NCBI GenBank assembly: GCA_964462015.1
Contig: CAYWXI010000004.1
Coordinates: 15,859-79,858 of the forward strand
DNA length: 64,000 bases
From: an uncultured Bacteroidales bacterium
GTDB lineage: Bacteria; Bacteroidota; Bacteroidia; Bacteroidales; JAEINX01
Direction: 5' to 3'
Shown here: piece by piece, positions 29,542 to 40,154 of the stretch
Layout: each line of letters begins with the position of its first letter
Numbering within the stretch: the first letter of the stretch is position 1
Program-made: the position numbers and the translations under genes
The notes under the pieces: generated by a model
What the model saw: the letters and a program-made list of their open reading frames with translations, nothing else
What the model was told of the DNA's origin: nothing
The model's database searches: none

Positions 29542-31296
29542 TCATTCCAATTCTTTCATTATCTTCAATTTCAATTCATCCAATTGTTCTTCGGAAATTG
29601 ATGAAGGCGAGTCAATCATCACATCTCTTCCCGAATTGTTTTTCGGGAAAGCAATAAATTCACGGATTGAATCCTGTCCGCCAAATAATGCAACCAAACG
29701 ATCGAAACCAAGAGCAATACCACCATGAGGGGGTGCCCCGAATTCAAAAGCATTCATTAAAAAACCAAATTGATCCTGGGCTTCTTCGTCGGTGAAACCA
29801 AGATGTTTAAACATTAGTTTTTGAAGATCACGATCATGAATACGAATCGAACCTCCACCAATTTCAACACCATTAATAACCATATCATAAGCATTTGCAC
29901 GAACATTTCCGGGAGCGGTTTCCAGCAATTCTATATCCTCTGCTTTTGGTGACGTGAAAGGATGGTGCATTGCGTGATAACGTTTAGTGTCTTCATCCCA
30001 TTCGAGTAACGGAAAATCTACAACCCAAAGAGGGCAATAGCTCAACGGATCGCGAAGTTCAAGGCGATTGCCCATTTCGAGACGTAATTCACAAAGGGCT
30101 TTTCGAGTGTGATCAGTCTCACCTGCAAGAACGAGTAAAAGGTCACCGGGTTTTGCACTAAATTTCTCAGCCCAGAGTTTCAATGCTTCCTGATCAAAAA
30201 ACTTATCTACAGATGATTTAAAACTTCCGTCTTCATTACATTTTACATATACCAAACCATTTGCACCAATCTGGGGCTTTTTAACAAAATTAGTTAATTT
30301 ATCTATTTGTTTTCTTGAGTATGTTCCGCAATTTTTCGCACAAATACCAACAATCAATTCAGCATCATCGAAAACTTTAAAATTCTTTCCTTTAGCAACA
30401 TCGTTTAATTCTGCAAATTTCATCCCGAAACGAATATCAGGTTTATCCGAGCCATAATATTTCATTGCTTCAGAATAAGACATCACCGGAAATTTTTCAA
30501 CTTCAATTCCTTTGACTTCTCTAAAAAGATATTTTGCAAGTCCTTCGAAAGTTTCCAAAACATCATTCTGATCAACAAATGACATTTCGCAGTCGATTTG
30601 AGTGAATTCCGGTTGGCGGTCAGCTCTCAGGTCCTCATCACGAAAACATTTTACAATCTGATAATAACGATCATAGCCGGCGATCATTAATAATTGCTTA
30701 AATGTTTGAGGTGATTGAGGTAAAGCATAAAATTCTCCTTCATTCATACGAGAAGGTACAACAAAATCTCTGGCACCTTCAGGTGTTGATTTAATTAAAT
30801 AAGGAGTTTCGATTTCAAAAAATCCTATTGAATCAAGGTATTTTCTCGTTTCAATCGACATGCGATGCCTGAGTTCCATGTTTTTTTTCAAGGGATTTCG
30901 ACGTAAGTCTAGATAACGATATTTCATCCTTAGTTCTTCACCGCCATCGGTATTATCCTCAATAGTAAAAGGAGGTAGTTTTGATTTATTTAAAACTTCG
31001 AGTTTTTCAACAATTATCTCAATTTCTCCTGTAGGGATTTTCAGGTTTTTATTGCTACGTTCTTCAATTTCACCACTTACACAAATAACAAATTCTCGTC
31101 CGAGTTTCCGGGCTTCTTCGCATAAAGCTGAATTTTTTTCCATATTAAAAACCAATTGGGTAATTCCATATCGGTCGCGAAGATCAATAAAAGTCATTCC
31201 ACCCAAATCTCTCGATTTCTGTATCCATCCGCATAAAGTTGTTTTCTGTCCTACATTTTTTTTACTTAATTCTCCGCAATTATGTGATCGTAACAT
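29542..31296 (-). CDS. aspS: aspartate--tRNA ligase
   Basis: 584 aa. OB-fold N-terminus and class II motifs ([34 protein letters not shown]). Confidence 0.97.
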   Translation of the reverse strand: MLRSHNCGELSKKNVGQKTTLCGWIQKSRDLGGMTFIDLRDRYGITQLVFNMEKNSALCEEARKLGREFVICVSGEIEERSNKNLKIPTGEIEIIVEKLEVLNKSKLPPFTIEDNTDGGEELRMKYRYLDLRRNPLKKNMELRHRMSIETRKYLDSIGFFEIETPYLIKSTPEGARDFVVPSRMNEGEFYALPQSPQTFKQLLMIAGYDRYYQIVKCFRDEDLRADRQPEFTQIDCEMSFVDQNDVLETFEGLAKYLFREVKGIEVEKFPVMSYSEAMKYYGSDKPDIRFGMKFAELNDVAKGKNFKVFDDAELIVGICAKNCGTYSRKQIDKLTNFVKKPQIGANGLVYVKCNEDGSFKSSVDKFFDQEALKLWAEKFSAKPGDLLLVLAGETDHTRKALCELRLEMGNRLELRDPLSYCPLWVVDFPLLEWDEDTKRYHAMHHPFTSPKAEDIELLETAPGNVRANAYDMVINGVEIGGGSIRIHDRDLQKLMFKHLGFTDEEAQDQFGFLMNAFEFGAPPHGGIALGFDRLVALFGGQDSIREFIAFPKNNSGRDVMIDSPSSISEEQLDELKLKIMKELE

Positions 31297-31547
31297 ATAT
31301 TTTGTATTTCTTAATTTTCAATTAATTTCGACTGCGAAAATAAAAAATTTGTTTTGAAGTGCTTACTGAATTGGAAATATATAATTTTTTGATCATTCGA
31401 AAGCCTTTCGATGGTTATGGTGGCCATTCAATTGTACTAGATCAAAAGCTTATTTCCCCTGTTTCCATTATCCCCCTAGATTTTTCTCTAAATAAAAATA
31501 TCTACTAGGAAATTTTCAATGCCTCCTGATTAGCAATAAATTGCCCG

Positions 31548-31646
31548 TTATGCATCACTTGGCATAATTGTATAGTAAACATAAATAGCAAGAAGAATGC
31601 TAAGAATAATGATAATAATTTGTTCTTTCGGTGATAATTTTTTCAT
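31548..31646 (-). CDS. possible small single-pass membrane protein (32 aa)
   Basis: Own translation: MKKLSPKEQIIIIILSILLAIYVYYTIMPSDA. ATG start and a hydrophobic core, but no other support. Confidence 0.25.
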   Translation of the reverse strand: MKKLSPKEQIIIIILSILLAIYVYYTIMPSDA

Positions 31647-32078
31647 TACTGATAAAAATTGGTATTACAAAAATAGTAAATTATAGTTTAATGAAACTTG
31701 AGATTAGAAATTAGTCCTGAGCATTCAGCAATTTTCAATTGGTAATTGATTATTGTCTATTGCCTGCCCATCTGAAATATAATGAAGGCGGGATTATTAA
31801 AAAATTGTTATTCAGTATGATAAATGAATTATGGTGATAATTTTACTTTTTGTGTATTTTGAGTCTTAGAGCCTTAGTGGCTAATTTTTCTCTAATTGCC
31901 ACAAAGACACCGAGGCACTAAGGTTCATAAAGAAAACATCAAAAAAACAACCATCATATTTTATATTGGTATTTACGTTTTTAATAGTTTGATTATTTAT
32001 TCATTACCATATTTTTTGCTAATTATCTTATCTATAAAAAATCACTGAGTATTCGGGAAGAAATTCAGAAAAAATCCA

Positions 32079-32105
32079 AATTTCTAATTTCTAATTTCCA
32101 ATTTC
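32079..32105 (-). repeat. (AATTTCY)4 heptamer tract directly abutting a stop codon
   Basis: aatttctaatttctaatttccaatttc ends at the base before the ClC gene stop (32106-32108). Same word family as 10178-10197 and 18389-18440. Confidence 0.7.
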
Positions 32106-33881
32106 TTAGTCATCAGAGAACTCTTTAAGGATTTTCCTATAGCTTGAAAAAACATTTGCTCTGGAAATAAATCCAAGATATTTTCCATCTTTCACAACTG
32201 CCAGATTATATTTTCCCGAGTGCTGAAATCTTTTAGCTACCTGATCCATCGACTCTTCAGGATCGACAATCGAAGAAGGAACTATCATAAGGTTTTGAAC
32301 AAAAGTAATATCGTATAAATCAGGGTTAAACATAATATTCCTGATGTCGTCGAGGCGGATAATCCCGAAAAAGTTATTGTCTTTATCAACAACAGGATAA
32401 ATATTTCTTTTTGAATTGGAAATTATTTTTACCAGGTCACCAAGCGTTGCCTGCGGAGAAACCGAAGTAAAATTCCTTTCAATCAACTTAGTTACTTTCA
32501 TCCGCGACAGAGCTGCTTTATCTTTATGATGCGTTATTAATTCGCCGCGTTTTGCCAATTGATGCGTATAAACCGAATTAGTTACAAATAATTTTATTGT
32601 TGCGTAAGAAATTGTTGAGGTAATCATTAAAGGAACAAAAAGCTTATATCCGCCTGTGATCTCAGCAATAAGGAAAATTGCCGTTAGCGGGGCATGCAAA
32701 ACTCCAGCAATTAATCCTCCCATCCCGACAAGGGCAAAATTTCCGGTTGAAATATCTCCAAAATTCAGATGATTAACTAAGCTTGCAAACAGGAGTCCGG
32801 TAAAAGCACCCATAAAAAGTGTAGGAGCGAAAATACCACCAATTCCGCCGGCACCGAAAGTTATGGATGTTGCTATAACTTTGAAAAAAATTATCAAAAA
32901 CAATAGAAGAAAGACGATATAAATATTATCTCTAAATGAATAAAAAATACTATTGTTAAATAATGGATCAAAATTACCATGCAATGAAGCGTTTATAGCT
33001 TCATAACCTTCACCGTAAAGCGATGGAAAGAAAAATATCAGTATTCCGAGACAAAGCCCGCCAAAAATCACTTTTGAATACCATTTTTTAATTTTAAAAA
33101 AATTAAATTCGATAAACATATACATTCTTGTAAAGTAAACGGAAATTAATCCGGCAAGAATTCCTAAAACTATGAAATAGGGTGAATCTTTTAGAAGAAA
33201 TTCTTCGGTTATTTCATAAGGATACAAAACTGCTTGTCCGAGAAAGAAATATGAAGTTAACACGGCAGTAGCTGACGCAATTAACAAAGGAATAACCGAT
33301 GCTGCTGTTAAGTCGATCATAATAACTTCAACAGCAAAAACTACCGCAGCAATTGGCGATTTAAAAATTGCAGCCATAGCCGCAGCACTTGCAAGCCCCA
33401 ACAACAAAGTGATTTGCTTATAACTAAGACGAAACATTTGCCCAATATTTGAACCTATTGCAGCTCCTGTTGCAACAGTCGGGCCCTCAAGTCCTACCGA
33501 TCCACCAAAACCAACTGTTAATGTACTTGTAATTATCGACGAAAAAATATTGTGCCGTTTAATTATTCCGTGATTTTTCGAAATGGCAAACAAAACACTT
33601 GGTATCCCGTGGCCAACATGCTGACGAACGATGAATTTTATATAAATAACTGCAATTAAAATGCCTATTGCCGGATATGCGAAATATAAATAATTATGAT
33701 AATTGGCAGCAAAACTACTTGTCAGCAGTTCCTTAATGAGGTGAACTGAATTTTTAATAATTACTGCTCCCAGACCGGCAAGAATTCCGATAACAACACT
33801 AAGAATCATAATAAAATTCTTAATGCTAATATGCTTAACTCTCCAAATCAAAAATCGCCCTAATAAACTCTGTTTTTTCAT
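32106..33881 (-). CDS. ClC-family chloride channel/antiporter with C-terminal CBS pair
   Basis: 591 aa. GLEGPTV and GGIFAPTLFMG selectivity motifs, with two CBS-like segments at the C-terminus. Confidence 0.9.
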   Translation of the reverse strand: MKKQSLLGRFLIWRVKHISIKNFIMILSVVIGILAGLGAVIIKNSVHLIKELLTSSFAANYHNYLYFAYPAIGILIAVIYIKFIVRQHVGHGIPSVLFAISKNHGIIKRHNIFSSIITSTLTVGFGGSVGLEGPTVATGAAIGSNIGQMFRLSYKQITLLLGLASAAAMAAIFKSPIAAVVFAVEVIMIDLTAASVIPLLIASATAVLTSYFFLGQAVLYPYEITEEFLLKDSPYFIVLGILAGLISVYFTRMYMFIEFNFFKIKKWYSKVIFGGLCLGILIFFFPSLYGEGYEAINASLHGNFDPLFNNSIFYSFRDNIYIVFLLLFLIIFFKVIATSITFGAGGIGGIFAPTLFMGAFTGLLFASLVNHLNFGDISTGNFALVGMGGLIAGVLHAPLTAIFLIAEITGGYKLFVPLMITSTISYATIKLFVTNSVYTHQLAKRGELITHHKDKAALSRMKVTKLIERNFTSVSPQATLGDLVKIISNSKRNIYPVVDKDNNFFGIIRLDDIRNIMFNPDLYDITFVQNLMIVPSSIVDPEESMDQVAKRFQHSGKYNLAVVKDGKYLGFISRANVFSSYRKILKEFSDD

Positions 33882-33990
33882 TCAGTTGTGGTTGATTACA
33901 AAATTAAGCGTTTTTTATTCAAACTATATATTCTTATTACCACAAAAACCCAATAAATATTTGTCTATAAAGTTTTCACATTTTTTGTTA

Positions 33991-34092
33991 AAACCGTTAA
34001 AACGGGTAATGGTTTCACATTTCATTGGTAGCCCACGACTTAAGTCGTGGGTTGCTAAATACATGTGGTCTCGAAAACCATTTTAATGGTTT
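33991..34092. repeat. palindrome cluster, possible third member of the hairpin-cassette family
   Basis: Perfect 20-nt palindrome cccacgacttaagtcgtggg (34032-34051) and aaaccattttaatggttt (34075-34092). On the minus strand it reads hairpin-ctaccaatgaaa-hairpin, loosely like the CTATTCA linker. Confidence 0.45.
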
Positions 34093-34277
34093 ATTAATAA
34101 CATTATAAAAAAACACTAATTAATATTAATTGGCGAAAATAATTAATTTTGGCTCTTAGTTGGATACTGTGGATATTTTTATTCAAAAAAACAGTATTTC
34201 ATTAATGAATGATAGAATGATTAATATGTTGCATCCATTTTTTCTTATATGACTTATATGGTTAAATTTTTAAAAAC

Positions 34278-35042
34278 ATGAAGATAATTTCTTACAACGT
34301 AAATGGAATTCGGGCAGCTATACAAAAAGGCCTGATTGATTGGATTAAGATTATTGATCCTGATGTAATTTGTATTCAGGAAACTAAAGCCCAACCACAT
34401 CAAATACCAATTTTCGATTTTGAAGAAGCCGGATATATGGGATATTGGTTTTCGGCTCAGAAAAAAGGATATAGCGGAGTTGGTATTTTGACAAAGAAAA
34501 AGCCCGACAATATTGTTTATGGTATGAATATCGAAAAATATGATAACGAAGGCAGGTTCCTCAGGATTGATTATGGTGATATTTCAATAGTAAGCGTTTA
34601 TCATCCGTCAGGATCGAGCGGAGATGGACGTCAGGCTTTTAAAATGATATGGTTAGATGATTTTCAGAATTATATTAATGAATTGAAAAAATCCCGACCG
34701 AATCTTATTCTTTCGGGCGATTATAATATCTGCCATGAAGCTATTGATATTCATGATCCGATTAGAAATGCAAAAAGTTCAGGATTTTTACCCGAAGAAC
34801 GTCAATGGATGAGCGATTTTTTAAATTCCGGATTTATTGATACTTTCAGGCATATTAACAAAGAACCCGATAATTATACATGGTGGAGTTACAGGGCAAA
34901 TGCACGTGCAAGAAATCTTGGTTGGCGTATTGACTACCACATGATTTCCGATTCACTTGAAGAAAAACTAAAGAGAGCTTTAATACTTCCTGATGCCAAG
35001 CATTCCGATCATTGTCCGATAGTAGTGGAGATGGATTTGTAG
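34278..35042 (+). CDS. xth: exodeoxyribonuclease III (AP endonuclease)
   Basis: 254 aa. [16 protein letters not shown] and SDHCP motifs of the ExoIII/EEP family. Confidence 0.95.
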   Translation: MKIISYNVNGIRAAIQKGLIDWIKIIDPDVICIQETKAQPHQIPIFDFEEAGYMGYWFSAQKKGYSGVGILTKKKPDNIVYGMNIEKYDNEGRFLRIDYGDISIVSVYHPSGSSGDGRQAFKMIWLDDFQNYINELKKSRPNLILSGDYNICHEAIDIHDPIRNAKSSGFLPEERQWMSDFLNSGFIDTFRHINKEPDNYTWWSYRANARARNLGWRIDYHMISDSLEEKLKRALILPDAKHSDHCPIVVEMDL

Positions 35043-35091
35043 TTTTTTGTTAAATTGATTTTAAAAAAAAATTAAACTTATTTGAAAACTA

Positions 35092-36468
35092 ATGATATTT
35101 AATACTGAATTTCTTAATTGGGCCTTAGTTAGTATTTCAGGAATTTTATTCTTGATTTTTGTTTATGCTGCTGTGGTGTCTATTATAGAAAAAGAATATC
35201 CTGCTGCAAGACGATTTTTTTTTATTTCATTCTTCATACCAGTAATATTTCTACTAATTGCATATTTTGATTTTAACCAAAAAGAATATTTTGTTTCGAT
35301 ATTTTTGTTTTTATTGTTTTTAGCATTAGTTGTTATTTTTATTCCATTCGGCCATAAAAAACAGAAATCAAATGGATTACTAGCAGAAAAAATAGATGAA
35401 CGAGACATTATGTTTTCGAGAAAGGATTTGCAGAAAAGCACAGAGAATTATAAAGAATATTACAAGAATAATCCTGAAAAAAGAGAAGGAGATGATTTTA
35501 TTAGAAGTTTACCGGGATTGTGTTCTACAAAATCAACTCTGTTTAATCCGTTTTCTTTTTTTGCGTCTGATGCAAACTTTTTTGCTATTGATCAACTTAA
35601 GAATGCAATTGATGGAGAAGTCTCAACAATAAAAATTGAAGCTGAACCATTGGATGTTACGGTTTTTATTAACAAATGGCTTAAAAAACTCGGAGCATTA
35701 AACTCAGGTATATGTGAATTGAAACCCTATCATCAATATAGTAACCGTGGAAGGTTGCATAATTACGGTGAAAAAGTGACCTTGAATCATAAGTTAGCAA
35801 TTGCTTTCACGGTTGAGATGGATAAGGACTTTACTGCCTGTGCTCCTGCAGGGCCAACAATTATGGAATCAGCTCAGCAGTATTTTTCGGCCGGATCAAT
35901 TGCTATCAGACTTGCTGCATTTATTAGGAATTTAGGTTATCCTGCCAAGGCTCATATTGATGGAAATTACGAAGTAGTTTGTCCACTGGTTGCCCGTGAT
36001 GCAGGCCTTGGTGAAATTGGCCGGATGGGATTATTAATGACACCAAAACTAGGCCCAAGAGTTAGAATCGCAGTAGTTACGACAGATTTACCCTTGATAT
36101 GCAATGAATACAAATTTGATTATTCTGTGATTGATTTTTGCAGGATTTGTAAAAAGTGTGTTGAGAACTGCCCTGCAAATGCAATTTCCAATGATGACAG
36201 AAAAATAATTAACGGCGTTAAAAGATGGCAGATAGAACAGGAAAAATGCTTTGAATTTTGGTGCAAAACAGGTACTGATTGTGGAAGATGCCTGAGTGTT
36301 TGCCCTTACTCACATCCCGATAATTTATTACATAATTTCATTAGGTTTGGAATTCGCAACTCTTCAATCTTTCGAAAAATTGCTTTATCGTTAGACGACG
36401 TTTTTTATGGACGAAAACCGGCAAGCCATAAAGTTCCAAAATGGATTATAAGTAAATTTGAACATTGA
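35092..36468 (+). CDS. membrane-anchored 2x[4Fe-4S] protein of the reductive dehalogenase / QueG-like superfamily
   Basis: 458 aa. Two or three N-terminal TM helices, and C-terminal CRICKKCVENCP and CGRCLSVCPYSHP ferredoxin motifs. Superfamily assignment from memory. Confidence 0.55.
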   Translation: MIFNTEFLNWALVSISGILFLIFVYAAVVSIIEKEYPAARRFFFISFFIPVIFLLIAYFDFNQKEYFVSIFLFLLFLALVVIFIPFGHKKQKSNGLLAEKIDERDIMFSRKDLQKSTENYKEYYKNNPEKREGDDFIRSLPGLCSTKSTLFNPFSFFASDANFFAIDQLKNAIDGEVSTIKIEAEPLDVTVFINKWLKKLGALNSGICELKPYHQYSNRGRLHNYGEKVTLNHKLAIAFTVEMDKDFTACAPAGPTIMESAQQYFSAGSIAIRLAAFIRNLGYPAKAHIDGNYEVVCPLVARDAGLGEIGRMGLLMTPKLGPRVRIAVVTTDLPLICNEYKFDYSVIDFCRICKKCVENCPANAISNDDRKIINGVKRWQIEQEKCFEFWCKTGTDCGRCLSVCPYSHPDNLLHNFIRFGIRNSSIFRKIALSLDDVFYGRKPASHKVPKWIISKFEH

Positions 36469-36616
36469 TTAGTATGATTAACTTTCATATTTACATATAT
36501 TTTTTACACCATTATACTTCTATAGCTCTATGCACATAGCAAATAGAATTTGATGATAAAAAATATTTTATATGATAAAAAATATTTACTTTTATCGAAT
36601 AATTAAAAGCAAATTA

Positions 36617-38134
36617 ATGAAGAAATTCTCCATAATTATAATATTTGTTCTTTTTGGATGCTCTCAATTGTTTTCGCAAAGCCGAATACAATCGCGTATT
36701 TTGCATTCATTAAGCGATGATGAATCTATTATTTATCATAAAATGCAAAGTTTGATTGTTGATGATTCTCAGGTTCATTCCCTTTTATTTACTGAAAAAA
36801 AAACTTCATCAGGCACAAAACAATTTGCAATATTAAATGGAGAAATCTATGGCCCTTACGAAAATATTTTCTTTAGTAAAGAAACAGCTTTTATAAACGA
36901 CAGCACTTATACTTACAACTTTTTTCAAAACGGTGAAACTTTCATAAATGTTAACGGAGATATTTTTGGCCCTTATAATTTAATTGATGTTAATATTATA
37001 TTTTTTGATAACGGAAAGTTTTATTTTAATTATCAAAAAGATTTTCTCTGGTATTCAAATTTTGATGGTGAAGAATACGGGCCATTCCCGGAGGCTCCTG
37101 TTTTTTCTCAAAATGCAGCTTATTATTATTCGTTTGATCGCTATGGAATTAATTTCGTGAATGTTAATGGTGCAGAATACGGGCCCTTCGATAATTTTTC
37201 CGACTTTAATGTTAATGACAATGGAAGTTTCTATTATAGGTTTTCAAAGGAAACTATTTCTTATATAAATATTAACGGCGAAACGTATGGACCTTACGAA
37301 GATGTTAATAATATAGTAGTTATTGACAGTGTGAATTTTGGTTTTGAAATCAAACAAGGAAATAATTGGTTTGTTAATGTCAAAGGGAAAATTTTTGGTC
37401 CTTTTGAAAAGGTAAACGGCCTAACAATCAATCCTAATGGTGATTATTATTTCAATCTAATACAAAAAGGAAAAGAGTTTACAAAAATTAATCAATTGAT
37501 TTTTGGCCCTTACGATAATATTAGCAATCAGATATTAACTGATAGTAGTTATTATTGTTTTATTTATATTAAAGAACGACAAAACTATATAGTTATTAAC
37601 GGAGAGATGTTTGGCCCATATTTGAATATTGATGAATTAATGGTCAAAAACTCCGGTAAATATAGGTATAGCTATACGCAAGACGATATGTATTATGCAA
37701 ATATCAACGGAGAAGTTCTTGGCCCATTTGAACAAATTATTAGTATGGCGATGGGTGAAAATGGTGATTATAGAATTTATTTCAAACAAAACGGAAATTA
37801 TTATGCCCTTGTTTCACAAATAATTTTCGGCCCTTTTGATTATAACTTTTCTTCCTTTAGAATTTCACCTTTGAATCATGAAGATTATTGTTTTAAATAT
37901 CATGAGGGTGTAAATATTAATGGAAAAGAATATTTATCGAATCCTAATGTTATTTGGAGTTATGATTGCCTTCACTTTTTCAGTTACGATAATTTCAGCC
38001 TTGACTTAATAATTGATGGAATATTTTATTATAATTCGGGTGGTTTTAGGTATGTTTATGTACCAGTTCAAAATAATGTTAAATGGCTATCATTAAATGG
38101 CCGGAAAGTATTATTAAATAGTTGTGATTTTTAA
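36617..38134 (+). CDS. lipoprotein with about 11 copies of an NGxxYGP[YF] repeat (unassigned repeat family)
   Basis: Start moved to ATG 36617 (MKKFSIIIIFVLFGC lipobox). Repeats include INGEIYGPY, VNGDIFGPY, FDGEEYGPF, VNGAEYGPF, INGETYGPY, VKGKIFGPF, spaced about 36-42 aa. Confidence 0.7.
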   Translation: MKKFSIIIIFVLFGCSQLFSQSRIQSRILHSLSDDESIIYHKMQSLIVDDSQVHSLLFTEKKTSSGTKQFAILNGEIYGPYENIFFSKETAFINDSTYTYNFFQNGETFINVNGDIFGPYNLIDVNIIFFDNGKFYFNYQKDFLWYSNFDGEEYGPFPEAPVFSQNAAYYYSFDRYGINFVNVNGAEYGPFDNFSDFNVNDNGSFYYRFSKETISYININGETYGPYEDVNNIVVIDSVNFGFEIKQGNNWFVNVKGKIFGPFEKVNGLTINPNGDYYFNLIQKGKEFTKINQLIFGPYDNISNQILTDSSYYCFIYIKERQNYIVINGEMFGPYLNIDELMVKNSGKYRYSYTQDDMYYANINGEVLGPFEQIISMAMGENGDYRIYFKQNGNYYALVSQIIFGPFDYNFSSFRISPLNHEDYCFKYHEGVNINGKEYLSNPNVIWSYDCLHFFSYDNFSLDLIIDGIFYYNSGGFRYVYVPVQNNVKWLSLNGRKVLLNSCDF

Positions 38135-38293
38135 TATTCAATGGTAATATGATAGAAACACGATGGTATTACGATTGAAATACAATAGAAATTCAATGGT
38201 GATTAATGGCGTTTTACGCAATTTAACCAATTAACATTAACTAAAGTTTGCAATTTAACATACAATACTTTAGCTAATGTGAGTTCGAGAGTT

Positions 38294-39985
38294 TTATTTT
38301 AGTCCCACAACTTTTGGCCCTTGTTTAAAAACAATATCCACCGGGATATTTGCATCTTTCAATCTATCGAGGTCAGCTTGTAATTGAGGCATTATAACAC
38401 CATCTTTTTTAACCCAATCATAGGCTTTATTATAATCGCCATCACCCTGAATATGAAGGATGTTTTGCATCAGGCTGACCATTGCTTCTTTCATTTTCTC
38501 AAAATTGACGGTGTAAGTTCCATCCTCATTTCGGGTAAAAGCTTCTTTTTCCTGGAAATAATTAAAACGCATCATATTTGCTTTACCATGTGAACTCGCA
38601 GCACCAAAGCGACTTGAGCGGAAAATACCTGCAAAAAAAGTAACAAAGTTATCCATTACTTCACCTTCGGTCAATTCTCCTGCTTCATATAATTTGCTTA
38701 CTAAATAAAGTCCCATAATGTCAGCTTTTCCCTCTTCTATGGCTGAATATTGCTCTTTTAAGGCACCCCGAACAGTTCCTTTTCCGTCGAGAGTATTTTT
38801 AATACCCATTGCATGGCCAACTTCATGAAACATCGTATTTTCAAAAAATGCATTAAAAGTGATATATTTTCTTTGTGAAGTGTCGATTAAGAGCTCCGAA
38901 ATCGGAATAAGAATTTTATCGAACTTTGCTTTCATAGCATTTTTTAATTGTAATTTTCGTGAACCTATTTTCAGGTGAACCTCTTCATCGTTTGGTAGAT
39001 TTATAGCAATTGTTTTACTTCCTGCATTACAATCACCGGCGTAATAAATTACATCATAAGCATTCATATCGGCTTTTGAGCCCGGAACTTCTTTTTTATA
39101 ATCATTTTCGATAGGTAGTCCTGCTTGCAAACCGGGTAGAAGTGCTGCAAATTTTTCAAGTTTTTTACTCCACTCAATATCTTTAAGAAGAATGAATGAT
39201 TCGTTCGCCGCCTTATAACCATAGAGTGCATCTTCGTAGTTTTCAATTGGCCCGACAACAAAATCAATATTTGAATTACGCATATCCATCCATGCAAAAT
39301 CGCTTTCCTGATATTTATCTGTTAGCAATGCTTCGGCACGCAGATTCAAATATTTTTTAAACCCGGGGTCCTCAGCAAGTAGAGCAGCTTGTTTTATGAG
39401 CTCAGCAGCTCGTTGTACTTCTGTGGCATAAGCATCATGATACCAAACAACTTTTAATGAATCATTGTCTTTTCGCCTGATTAAAGTGTAAAGACTTGTT
39501 TTGTCAGGATCATCAAAAGCTTCAAATTCTTCTTTTGTCATGTTTTTAGGATAAAAATTTGCCCCGGGTGGTTTTACACCAATACTGGAAATAAAAGGTA
39601 TATTATTATTTAGTCTATCCCAGGGACCGTAATTTATAATAGCAAATTCTTTTGTTACTTTACCGGGAATACGTTTTAAGAAATTCTCTTTATTACCAAT
39701 TGCCTGTTGCCAGAAAATATCATCCATAATTCCTGCAACTTCAAATAATAATGGCAACATTTGTTTTTCTTTCTCCGAAAGATGACTTATATCGGCAGTT
39801 AATGTAAATGGAGCATAGATTTCCAATCTTTCTTTTACTGCTGCTTCCGAAAAAGGAGATAACGGCATATGGGGAGGGATAATTCCTTGTCGCTCTTCTT
39901 CGCACTGTTCTACAGTAGAGCTACACGAAGAAAATAATACAATAATCGCCAAAACAACGATTGACGAACCTACTTTTTTTATCAT
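38294..39985 (-). CDS. M49 (dipeptidyl-peptidase III)-like zinc metallopeptidase lipoprotein
   Basis: 563 aa. Lipobox LFSSC, HEVGH zinc motif followed by EEGKADIMGLY. Family recalled from memory. Confidence 0.6.
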   Translation of the reverse strand: MIKKVGSSIVVLAIIVLFSSCSSTVEQCEEERQGIIPPHMPLSPFSEAAVKERLEIYAPFTLTADISHLSEKEKQMLPLLFEVAGIMDDIFWQQAIGNKENFLKRIPGKVTKEFAIINYGPWDRLNNNIPFISSIGVKPPGANFYPKNMTKEEFEAFDDPDKTSLYTLIRRKDNDSLKVVWYHDAYATEVQRAAELIKQAALLAEDPGFKKYLNLRAEALLTDKYQESDFAWMDMRNSNIDFVVGPIENYEDALYGYKAANESFILLKDIEWSKKLEKFAALLPGLQAGLPIENDYKKEVPGSKADMNAYDVIYYAGDCNAGSKTIAINLPNDEEVHLKIGSRKLQLKNAMKAKFDKILIPISELLIDTSQRKYITFNAFFENTMFHEVGHAMGIKNTLDGKGTVRGALKEQYSAIEEGKADIMGLYLVSKLYEAGELTEGEVMDNFVTFFAGIFRSSRFGAASSHGKANMMRFNYFQEKEAFTRNEDGTYTVNFEKMKEAMVSLMQNILHIQGDGDYNKAYDWVKKDGVIMPQLQADLDRLKDANIPVDIVFKQGPKVVGLK

Positions 39986-40154
39986 AGCAAATTTTTTTAA
40001 GATTTAATATTTAGTGTACAAAATTAGGTAAAGTTTTTGAATTTATGATTTAATTTATTGGAAAGTAGGATAAAATAAAAAATCCGCACAACTAAAAATT
40101 TAGTTATACGGATCAAAAAAAATCTAATAATTCTTTACGAATGAAAAGATTATG

